Below, in pieces: positions 47,613 through 57,399 of a DNA stretch of 64,000 nt. Position 1 is the first letter of the stretch. Each line of letters opens with the position of its first letter. Source of the DNA: Macrostomum lignano (lineage: Eukaryota); the NCBI GenBank assembly GCA_002269645.1, contig NIVC01001205.1:248001-312000 (forward strand), written 5' to 3'. The notes beneath the pieces were generated by a model that was given only the letters and a program-made list of their open reading frames with translations, ran no database searches and was not told where the DNA came from. A program made the translations under genes and the position numbers.

Positions 47613-50600
47613 TGTTGTATTGTTGGTGCACTCGCTCTTGTGCTAAGAAGATAATGATCAGCCTCTGGGGCTGCGACTCTCTTGTCTGTATATTTAACCA
47701 TGGCTGAGCCATGGATACAAAATAAGAATTTACTTTGCATTCGTTGGGAATACAATATCTCTCCCCCCTTTGAACAAATACAGTCAGATAAACCAAAAAT
47801 TGTTCAAAAATCGTTGCCCAAATTATCCAGGCACGAATCTCTCCGGCGGCTTTGGATTCTGTCGGAGACCGATTCCTCGTTGTCGATCTCTCACTGTAGG
47901 CTCCGCCTGTACTGGCTGGTTTGCTGCTTTGAGCCTTGAGGGAACCTCCGTCTCGCATTTTTCTTCTGGGGAGTCTTTCCAATTAACTCTCTTTAGTCGC
48001 GAGAAGTTCCTTCGCACTATTCTGCCGTCTTTGGTTTGAATCCTCACAGTCGTGCCATTGGTCCCGACGACCGTTCCTGGTTGCACTTCATAAGGCTGTT
48101 CGTACTTGCTGTTGCGAAATTCTCGTCTCCAGATGACCTGATTGCCAGGGCAGAACATCTTCTGGTACTTGGCTGGTCCGTCTTCTGCCATTTTCCATTT
48201 GTACTCGTCATCACGAGCTTTGATGTCGCTGTTTGGAGTCATGGTTCTCCTCTCAGGAATTGGTAACTTCCTGTCGAATTCCCTCTTAAAGAATAGCATC
48301 CCTGGGGATTCTCCAGTCGCGCGGATCGGTGAAGATCTGTAGCTGTACAATAACCGTCCAAGTTCTTGTTTCAGGTTCTTCCTTTCCCGACTGCAGATCT
48401 GCAGGGTCTTGTTCAGAGTTCTGTTGAAGCGTTCCACTTCTGCGTTGCCACGAGGCCAGTATGGGGTGCTCTTTCGGTGCTTTACGTTAAATTCTCGCAT
48501 TAGATTCTTGAATTCTTCGGATATGAACTGTGGACTATTGTCTGTGATTAATTCTTCTGGTGCACCGTACGAGTGAAATACTTCCTTCATTTTATTGCTC
48601 ACCTCCGTCGCGTCAGCCTTCGGCAACACGTAAACTAACGGATAACGAGAATAGTAGTCTACGATGACTAATAGTGTCTTTCCAGACGGAAGAGGTCCTT
48701 TTAGATCGGTACCTATTAGCTTCCAGGCTCCTTCTGGTAGCTCCGTCGGAATGATTGGTGGTTTTCTCATTTCCGGAAGTGCTCTTGAGCAACTTTCACA
48801 TGATGATACGAAGTTCTGTACATCTTCTGCCATCAGAGGCCACCAAACGCATCTTTTCAGCCGCTCCGTGATTTTGGTGATTCCCAGATGCCCTTAGTGC
48901 ATTGTCTCTAACACTGCCATAACAGACTTTCTCGGAACTACATAGCGGTCTTGGTACAACAGGACTCCATTTGTGCTGGAAAGTTGGCTTCTGACATTGT
49001 AATACGTGTTGGATTTACTCCATTGCCCCGTTTGTAGCGATCTCAAAGCTGATTGAATCCACGGGTCGTCTTTCGAATCCTTCTCAATGTCACTTTTAGA
49101 GATTCCCCAATATTGAGCTTCTGTAGAAATTTGCTGGATGAGATGTTCGTCTGCCTTGGCACTTGATGCTTTGGGGTTCTCCACGTTCATCGGTTGTCTG
49201 GATAAGTAGTCTGCCTCGTTTGCCTCTCCTGGTTCGTACTTTAATTTGAAATTGAAGTGCTGGAGGCGCATCGCCCATCTCTCGATTCTCGGAGGCGGTT
49301 TGGAACCTGGGCGAAAACAACCAAGCAGTGGCTTGTGATCAGTAATAACCGTGAATTTTGGAGCGCCCAGTACATAGATCTGAAACTTTTCACACGCCCA
49401 TTTTATTGCTAATGCCTCGCGCTCGGTCTGGCTGTACCTTCTTTCGACGTCACTTAGCGTCCTGCTTGCGTAGCATACCGGACTGATGGTGCCTCGACTG
49501 TCTGTTTGGGTTAGAACAGCTCCGAGACCCACCGGTGAAGCGTCGACTCGAAGTTCGATTATTTTTGAAGTGTCGAAGTAGGCCAGTGTTTTTGAGGTAG
49601 AAGTTCGTTTAATGATTTCTGCAAAGGCTTCTTTCTGTGTTGTGCTCCAGTTCCAGTTGACTTGCTTTCGGGTTAACTTCTGAATCGGTTCTGCGATGGT
49701 CGCCAAGTTAGGGATGAAGCGTGAGACGAATTGCACTAGGCCTATGAACGACCTTACCTCACTGGGATTTGTAGGTTCTTTGAAATTCCGAATGGCTTGC
49801 ACCTTTTCGTCACCAATTGGCAATCCCTTGCGAGTCAGCAGCATTCCCATGAAGGTTATTTTATCCACTGAAAACTTGCACTTTTCCTTCCCGATGGTTA
49901 TGTTATTCTCTTTCAGTCGTTGCAGAACTTTTCTCAAGCGGTCATTGTGCTCTTCCAAAGTACAACCGTAGATCCCGATGTCATCCTGGATATTCAGAAC
50001 TCCTGAAATGCCAGCAAGAACTTGATGCATTTCCGATTGGAGTGCAAACGATGAGTTCACCCAGCCCATTGGTAGTCTCTTATATCTCATAAGTGGCCAG
50101 TCTTTCAGGCCTGTTGAAAATGTCGTGAGCATCCTGGAGTCTTCGTGCAGTTCTAGCTGATGAAACATTTTATTGCCATCCAAGTAGGAGAAGTACTTAG
50201 CATCGCCAACGTTAATCAGTTGTTCGTCGATGCTGGGCAGTGGATAGTGCTCCTTCCTAGTAGCTTTGTTTAGGTCTCTGAGATCAACCGTGGCTCTCAA
50301 TTTACCGTTGGCCTTCGGAACAGCCACTATTCTTGACACCCATTCAGTAGTTCCCTTGACTGGCTCGATTATGTCCTCTCTTAACTGCCCTTCTAGTTCT
50401 TCGCGCAGTTTCTGGTGAAGTTGTGCTGGTATACGCGATGGTGGATGAACAATAGGATTGGCGTTCTCCTTCAGGCGAATCTTAACTTTGCTGTCTTTGA
50501 GTTTTCCTATTCCACGGAAGACATCCTTGAACTCTTCCAGAATCACTTGCGTTGGCTGCTGAATGTTCTCGATGTGAAGGCAGCTTTTATCCGAGCCCCA

Positions 50601-52035
50601 TGTCAGGAAACCGTGCTTGAAGGCGTCCTCAAATCCGATAATAGTGCGTGCATCCTTTACTGGAGTTATGTGAAACTTCATTTGCTGTGTACTTTCGTTG
50701 AGAGTAACTTTCAGATGTACTGTGCCTTGGGTTTCGATGGGGGTCCTGGCCCCGTACGACCAAATCTTGATATGTGATCTCGAGTTAATCTGATCCGGAC
50801 TCACCATTTTAGCAACTGTGTTGTAGGATATTAGATTTAGATTGGAGCCCGAGTCAATTAGTACATCGCATTTTCTGCCGTTGATGACAGCTTGCTTTGT
50901 TGCACCGTTCTTCGCGCTGACGCTTGCTATCGTATGAATCTCCTCTGAGTCTGACGATTCAGTCACGCCTGATTCTTTCGTTTCATAAACTTGAAGTTTA
51001 CTTTTGGTTGGTAGTTTGGTTCTGCACATCTTGGCATGATGTCCCACCTTATTGCACTTCTTGCAAGTATCGTTGCGCGCATAGCAGTTTTCTGCTGTAT
51101 GTGAGCTTCTTCCACAGCGGCTACAGACATCGCGAGCACTGGACTTTCTTCTGGGAAACTGCTTGCTGTCAGTTCCAGTTTTCTTCGATTTAGGGAATCT
51201 CCTTGGTCCTTTTGACTGTCCAACTGCATTGACGGTGCTCGGGTCGGAGACGTGCTTCTCAATGACGCCGCTCTGGCTGTTCGTCGATTCGAAGCATCTT
51301 CCTATTTCGATGGCTCTCTTCAGAGTCAGAGTTGACCCTTCTTGGATGAGCTTCCGTCTGAGGCTGTTCGAGTTGCAGTTTAGGACTACCAGATCGCGAA
51401 TTATTCGGTCTTCATAGGACAGTTTGGTTGTTGCATCAGTGGTTGATACCTCGAGGTCGCAGTATTTCGCTGCTTCCCGCAGTCGGCCATGGAAAGAGTC
51501 AATGGCCTCACCTTCCTTTTGCCTGATTTGCAGCAGGTTGAAGGTTTCGTATACCACGTTTGTTCCGTCCTTGAAGTATTCGTCCAGTCGGGTCTGAGCC
51601 GTTTTGAAGTCAGATCCTGTGTTGTCCAGGTTTTCTAGTATTTTTCGAACTTTCACACCGGCACAGAGCAGAAATGCAGATCGCTTTCTTTTGTCGTCTG
51701 TTATTCCGCAGGCGTCCAACCACAGCGTGATTTCCTGTAGGTAGTCCTCCCATCTTTTCGCCACGTTCGATGGACCCTTTTCCGGGTCGAACGGAGATGG
51801 CTGAGGTAGTAGGCTCATCTTTGGTGTGCCGCCTCTGTCCTGTAATGGAGATGCACTTTCGTGCCAAGTGCGCTTTTACCGCTGCCACCAATGTTGTATT
51901 GTTGGTGCACTCGCTCTTGTGCTAAGAAGATAATGATCAGCCTCTGGGGCTGCGACTCTCTTGTCTGTATTTTAACCATGGCTGAGCCATAGATACAAAA
52001 TAAGAATTTACTTTGCATTCGTTGGGAATACAATA
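47613..52035 (-). mobile_element. Near-intact Mag-type Ty3/gypsy LTR retrotransposon (4.4 kb)
   Basis: 144-bp LTRs at 47613-47756 and 51892-52035 (about 3 differences). 5-bp TSD GGATT (47608-47612, 52036-52040). PBS TGGTGGCAGCGGT complementary to the tRNA-Leu 3' end. PPT AAGGGGGGAGAGA. Confidence 0.95.
47823..51818 (-). CDS. Gag-Pol polyprotein of the Mag-type element (gag, 2 CCHC, protease, RT, RNase H, integrase) with one in-frame TAA at 48894-48896
   Basis: PFD...RWEDYL gag start; CSRCGRSSHTAENC and CKKCNKVGHHAKMC; LIDSGS; IQDD; DAS...YSQTERE...TDHKPL; TMH*GHLG...CESC; GTD, D, TDNSPQF, NAEVER. The frame continues across the stop. Confidence 0.92.
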
Positions 52036-52186
52036 GGATTGCTTACAGATTGAGACTCAATAGCTAGGTTATTTTATAAACTGCCACTTTCTCTCTTATT
52101 CTAGCTCTTTTCTTGCTGGGTTCCCTCTTTTAGTTGCCTGCCAGTGTGTCTGTACTCTGTGTCTGTAATACTTAGCTGCCAAGGTC

Positions 52187-55100
52187 ATGGCAGAGTCCGA
52201 GTCGGTAGCCAAGCCAAGTACAGAGGATCCAGCAGCGAGTGGAGCTAGGACAGGCAGAAGTAGAGAGACAGAGCCAGGAGGCAGAAGTGGAGAGACAGAG
52301 CCAGGAGGTGGAAATGGGGAGACAGAGCTAGGAGGTAGAAGCGAGACAGTAGGCAGTAAAATTAGATTGTCAGAGACAGCTGGTGATGACGAGGCGGAGA
52401 CAGATGAAGGTGACCTGCAGGAGTGCGAGACTTCCCTGGGCGATCTGGCCAGAACTTTGGCAGAGATCCGTGACAATGTTAAGTATTCAAAGTCGAGCCC
52501 TCGGCTCAGACCCCCAGCCGCCTATTCGCCCAAAATGAAATTCGAAATTTGGTGGACCCAGTTCAGCCTGTACTTAGAAGCGAATAACATAGGACGCGAG
52601 CACTGGACAGCTGTGCTGCTGTCATCATTGTCGCCAGAGTGCCAAGAGTACTTCTATAACCAGAGACTGCACGAGAAAGTTTTCGAAACCGCTGTTAAGC
52701 AGCTTAAGGGTCGGTACGGCGAACCAACGCATGTGGACCAGTTTTATATAGAGCTTACCTCCGCCCAGCAGCTGCAGTCTGAAAGTATTCAAGAATATTT
52801 CGATCGCCTTGTTAGCCTTGCTAACTCTGCGAACTTGAGCCGCAATGAGTACGAGCCTTTAGTTAGGACGCGATTTTGCTATGGGTTAACTGACAAGTTA
52901 ATAGCAGAAAAGTTAATCAATTTGCTGCAAGAGAAGCCAAGGCCGTCTCTTGAAAGACTTTTAACCAGAGCCCGAGACGCCGCCCAAACTAGGCAATTAC
53001 TCAAATTAGCAGAACCGCCGAAAGTCCGTAGTGTTGAGTCAGATGAGATCCAAGCCCTGAAGGCAAGGATCAAGGAGCTTGAAAAGAAACAGTCAAGTCA
53101 GCAACAAACGACAGCAAACGACAATAGACACCCTGGAGCCCCGAGTTTTCAGCCACCGCAGCATGTCCTGAACTCCAGTAACTATAATCTCAAGAACCGT
53201 AGGCCACCGAAGTGCTTTAGGTGTGGGGAGACGGACCATCTGATCGCAGAGTGTCCCTATCCCAGAGAGCCGGGTGCCAGTGCGCCACCTTCGAAGTTCA
53301 GGGCTCCGCAGCCGTTCGTCGACCCGAAGGACAGAGGGAAGTCGAGCCCGAGACCGCCCAGAGAGAGGGGGGTAGTGACCCACTGGAAGGATTCCTACGG
53401 GTTCGTCCGGTCCTCCCAAATCGGAGACTCAGTTTTCGTGCACCTGTCCCAGCTAGTGCAGCCCCTGATGGACCTGGCCTTAAACCACCAGCTAGTGGGC
53501 ACCCATGTGACCTTCGGCCGAGTTGCTGACGCTGGAAAGACCAGGGACCGGGCCATCAGCGTGACTGCAGATTCGGTAGACCCCAAGTGTGCGGAGGCCT
53601 CTTCCGACCTGCCCCACTACAAGGCGGGATTCTATGTTCAGATCGAGGTCGGAGAGACGAAGACCGTGGCCCTCTTGGACCCTGGAGCCAATGCATCGCT
53701 GATTTGCCCCAAGATGAGAGACAGGCTAGTAGAGGCGGATCCCATCAATAATGTCTTCACCCCCGCCCGAATCCAGCGAACTGCGACTGGGTTCAACGGA
53801 GCCAGCTCAGAAATCCTGGGAAAGCTCGAGTGTGAGTTAAGCTTAGGCAAACTGAAGAAGCAGCATATTTTCCTAGTTATCGATGGCTCCCTGAGTGAGA
53901 CGCTTTTAGGACTGGATTTCTGCAGCAGTTTCCAAATTGTCATGGACATGGCCTGTGACCGTGTGACTTGTGCAGGGGAGCATGTCCCAACCCTGCGGGG
54001 ATCGAGTGACATCTGTAGCGTGAACCGTGTGGTCGCCGCTTGCGACACGGTCCTGCCGCCGCGCTCAGAAGCCCTGGTCCCAGCTAGAGCCATAGACGCC
54101 GAGAGCAACGCCCATGGGGTTGTCAGCGCGAGGCTGTTCAATTCAGATTCGGCCATCGTGGTCGCTAATTCTCTAGACCAGGTCAGCCCCACCAGCCACG
54201 TGTTAGTTAGGGTCCTGAATAGCAGTGAAGAAGAGATTACTGTTGCCAAGGGTGAGGAGGTAGCGTCATTTAAGAAGCTAGGGGACGACGAGAGCGTGGT
54301 GTGCACCCGACTAAACGAAAGCGATTTCAGCTTCGACAAGGTAGATCTGCTTAACGACAAGCTGGCAAGACTACCCTACCCAGACCCAGGAACAGCCAAG
54401 TGGCTAATGAACCAGTTCAATTTGCTAGACTCTAACCTAACTAAGAAGCAGCTGGATACCACCGTCAAAATGTTAAATTATTTCCTCAGTCAAATTTCTC
54501 ACTCCGAAACAGATCTAGGCAAAACCACGCTGCATGAGATGACGATCGAGCTCAAAGACCCGAGTTGCCGCCCGATTTCCCAACCGTCCAGGCGGACAAC
54601 GCCGGCCCAGAAAGAGTTCTTAGACAAGCATATTGCCCAGCTTTTAGATCAGGGAGTGGTTGAGGAGTGTGACTCTGACTGGTCTTCGCCAATTGTGCTT
54701 GTGAAAAAGAAGGACGGTACGTATCGCCTGTGCGTAGACTACCGCGCCCTAAACAAGTACATAAAGCCGTGCTCATTTCCTCTGCCGCTGATAGAAGAGT
54801 CATTCGACAGTTTGGCGGGCTCCAACGTATTCAGCAGCTTAGACCTGACGAGCGCGTACTGGCAAGTAGGAATCAGGGAAGCTGACCGCGATCTCACCGC
54901 GTTTTCCTGCCCTCAGGGGACTTTCCGTTGGACCGTTGTTCCCTTCGGGATAAAGACCGCCCCAGCCAGTTTTGCTAAGCTTATGCATAAGGTTTTCAGA
55001 CCGCTGCTGTTGCGGGTCAGTCTGATTTACCTTGACGACATCATCATCAAAGCTAGGAATAACGATGAGATGATATCCCACCTAGCGCTTGTTTTCTGGC

Positions 55101-55225
55101 AGCTTAGAAAAGCCAATTTGAAGATCAGGCCATCAAAATGCGAATTGTTCAAGGACAGACTTAGGTTTCTGGGATTTGTGGTCTCCTCGAGAGGGATCGA
55201 AGCGGACCCACCAAGACTGAAGTAG
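52187..55225 (+). CDS. Gag-CCHC-cold-shock domain-protease-dUTPase-like-RT polyprotein
   Basis: 1012-aa ORF. Capsid-like FEIWWTQFSLYLEA, CFRCGETDHLIAEC, CSD 53362-53570, LLDPGA, SPIVLVKKKDG.YRLCVDYRALN, LDLTSAYWQ, PFG, YLDD. One-base frameshift near 55210. Confidence 0.92.
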   Translation: MAESESVAKPSTEDPAASGARTGRSRETEPGGRSGETEPGGGNGETELGGRSETVGSKIRLSETAGDDEAETDEGDLQECETSLGDLARTLAEIRDNVKYSKSSPRLRPPAAYSPKMKFEIWWTQFSLYLEANNIGREHWTAVLLSSLSPECQEYFYNQRLHEKVFETAVKQLKGRYGEPTHVDQFYIELTSAQQLQSESIQEYFDRLVSLANSANLSRNEYEPLVRTRFCYGLTDKLIAEKLINLLQEKPRPSLERLLTRARDAAQTRQLLKLAEPPKVRSVESDEIQALKARIKELEKKQSSQQQTTANDNRHPGAPSFQPPQHVLNSSNYNLKNRRPPKCFRCGETDHLIAECPYPREPGASAPPSKFRAPQPFVDPKDRGKSSPRPPRERGVVTHWKDSYGFVRSSQIGDSVFVHLSQLVQPLMDLALNHQLVGTHVTFGRVADAGKTRDRAISVTADSVDPKCAEASSDLPHYKAGFYVQIEVGETKTVALLDPGANASLICPKMRDRLVEADPINNVFTPARIQRTATGFNGASSEILGKLECELSLGKLKKQHIFLVIDGSLSETLLGLDFCSSFQIVMDMACDRVTCAGEHVPTLRGSSDICSVNRVVAACDTVLPPRSEALVPARAIDAESNAHGVVSARLFNSDSAIVVANSLDQVSPTSHVLVRVLNSSEEEITVAKGEEVASFKKLGDDESVVCTRLNESDFSFDKVDLLNDKLARLPYPDPGTAKWLMNQFNLLDSNLTKKQLDTTVKMLNYFLSQISHSETDLGKTTLHEMTIELKDPSCRPISQPSRRTTPAQKEFLDKHIAQLLDQGVVEECDSDWSSPIVLVKKKDGTYRLCVDYRALNKYIKPCSFPLPLIEESFDSLAGSNVFSSLDLTSAYWQVGIREADRDLTAFSCPQGTFRWTVVPFGIKTAPASFAKLMHKVFRPLLLRVSLIYLDDIIIKARNNDEMISHLALVFWQLRKANLKIRPSKCELFKDRLRFLGFVVSSRGIEADPPRLK

Positions 55226-56286
55226 TGCGACAGTGGTGCACCCCTAGGGACAAAAAGCAGCTGTTATCCTTTCTGGGATTTGCTAATTATTACAGAAAGT
55301 TCGTCCCCAGGTTTTCTATCATAGCCACGCCCCTGTACGCCTTAGCCAAAAGTTCGGAGAAATTTGTCTGGCGCCAAGTGCACGAGAGTGCGTTCCAGGA
55401 ACTGAAGGCGAGTCTGTGCCAGCCGCCAGTGTTGACCTACCCAGACTTGAGTCCTAGCGCGGGAACCTTCATCCTAGACTGCGACAGTTCCCTAGATGGT
55501 GTAGGAGCAGTCCTTTCCCAGCTAGACAGGAACGGTAAAGAACAGGTTATTGCCTACGCGTCGAAGAAGTTCAGTAGTGCGCAGCGCAATTATTGTGCGA
55601 CTATGAGGGAGCTGCTAGGGTTGGTCTTGATGCTAGAGCAATTTCGAACCTATCTCCTAGACCGTGAGTTTCTAGTTCGAACCGATGCCGTTGCTTTAAA
55701 GTGGTTGCACTCAAAGAAGCACGCAACCGGCATGCTAGCTCAGTGGTTGGTCACCCTGGAACCGTATACGTTTAAGGTCGACCAGACGCCCCTAGAAAGG
55801 ATAGCGGAGTACGATTTCCAAGTGAACCACAGAGCCGGTCTAGATCACGTTAACGCAGACATCCTCAGTCGAAATCCCAAGTTCAGAGCAGATCATTTCG
55901 ATTGCCCAACCTGCAGCTTGATCCCAGATTTCAAAGCCAAGTTCCAGAAGGGTAAAAATGTAGCGCCATCGGAGCCTAGTGAAGTCAAAGCCAACCGCAT
56001 CAGCGTCGATAGTAGCACCCAGACCCTCGCCTCCACGGGTAGTCAGACCCTGGAAGCTGAGTCCCAATTTACGGTCCCAGCGCAGGACAAGCCGGTAGTA
56101 GATTTAGCTATTCAGACTGAGCGTTTCACTGAAGTTAATGAGTTAGCCCACGGCAGCGAGCACTTAGCCGCCCCAACTCCTGTTGCGGGCACGGACACAG
56201 CTGGAAGTGAACCAGAGACCCGGTCCCCAGCTGCGGCTCATGCTGTTCAAGTGGAGGACCCGGGTAGATCCGAGGTCTGTGCTTGA
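55225..56286 (+). CDS. Frameshifted continuation: RT connection + RNase H, truncated before integrase
   Basis: SFLGFANYYRKF, FILDCDSS, YCATMRELL, RTD, HVNADILSR. Confidence 0.88.
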   Translation: MRQWCTPRDKKQLLSFLGFANYYRKFVPRFSIIATPLYALAKSSEKFVWRQVHESAFQELKASLCQPPVLTYPDLSPSAGTFILDCDSSLDGVGAVLSQLDRNGKEQVIAYASKKFSSAQRNYCATMRELLGLVLMLEQFRTYLLDREFLVRTDAVALKWLHSKKHATGMLAQWLVTLEPYTFKVDQTPLERIAEYDFQVNHRAGLDHVNADILSRNPKFRADHFDCPTCSLIPDFKAKFQKGKNVAPSEPSEVKANRISVDSSTQTLASTGSQTLEAESQFTVPAQDKPVVDLAIQTERFTEVNELAHGSEHLAAPTPVAGTDTAGSEPETRSPAAAHAVQVEDPGRSEVCA

Positions 56287-56722
56287 AGTTCGAACTCTCG
56301 TAGCCAACGGATGAATGATCGTCCCATCTCATAGTCTCCTACCGATAGGTTGATGGCTTGCACCACTGTCGGTAGATCTCTGGTCTGCTGCTGTGCCAGT
56401 TGTCTTGTCAGGTCGTTGATACGCTCCTGCAGTTGCGCTAAATCTTCGGCCATGTTGTCTTGTGGTGCGTCTTCTGGTTGTTGTTGATCTTGTTGTGGAT
56501 CGTCTTGATGCTGCTCGTCTTGATGCAAATCTTCTTAGTGCTGTTCTTCTTGTTGAAGCATGCGAATTCTGGCTCGGACGGTACGTCGATTGTTGGGTAA
56601 ACCTGTGGGGTCTGGAGCTTGGTAGTTTTCCAAAAAGTGAGGATGCGCTTATAAACGTTGCGGTGTGGGCCGCAAGAATTGGTAAGATTCAGGTTGCAAT
56701 TGGTATAATAAAACACAAGCAA
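56265..56722 (-). pseudogene. N-terminal gag fragment of another LTR element, inverted against the truncated CSD element
   Basis: MAEDLAQLQERINDLTRQL...YEMGRSFIRWLREFELQA resembles a gag N-terminus; Q/D-rich upstream frames. Confidence 0.55.
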
Positions 56723-57399
56723 ATTATCGTTGGCGGTGCTGTCCTGCTAGTGAGCAATTAAACGGTTTAAAATAGACAAATTACAAAGGGGCAGAGGTTG
56801 GGATACGCTTCAGGCTCAGGCGGTGCAGTCGGGGTGGGTTTCTGTTGTTTCAAGTAATTCACGCATTTGTTGTAATTTTCTTTCAAGTAATCACCGCATT
56901 GCATTTTATCGTACTATTTTAGCATTTCAATATAAGCGGTTATCAAGCATTAAAGTAATGTAATGTTACCTGTAATTGTTTTATTCGTAATGTTTCATCG
57001 TGTCATCTCTAGTATTCGCGCAATAAATGGTTTCAATCGGAAAGAAGTGCTTCTCATATGTGCCTGGATTGGCTAAGGTTGCGTAGCTTGAAATAGTGAA
57101 ATTCTGTGTTTATTTTTAGTATCACTCATTTTTTATGCAGGCTTTCCCGCTGTTATCATTGTTATGTCGGCTTGGATTGCCTTGAAAATGTGAGCTCAGT
57201 ATTAACGAGGGTTTATGTAGCTGTGCCTGGTAAGGCAGACATGTTAGTGTAACAACCCTAAGACACTACACTGGCAGGGTGCAGTGACACGGACGGGCGT
57301 CTGTGCAGAATGGAAGTGCTAGGAAGGGAGATGCCTGATAAGAAATCCTCAGTGACTCGCACCTCTATTCCTTACGTCGACCCTGCTGCCGAGAGTAAA

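Larger units (their letters stand above)
46218..56265 (+). mobile_element. Ty3/gypsy element with a cold-shock domain in Gag-Pol; 5' LTR present, truncated before integrase, Mag-type element nested in its leader
   Basis: LTR 46218-46668, PBS-Gln 46675-46691, about 1.07-kb leader after removing the nested insertion, gag-pol from 52187. Confidence 0.8.

Noticed and set aside
56265-56722. Right half of the minus-strand gag broken at 46217
   Set aside because: The two fragments overlap at the homologous position with different sequence (QAQTSDLP versus TYGLG), and no 3' LTR or TSD of the 46218 element lies at the junction.
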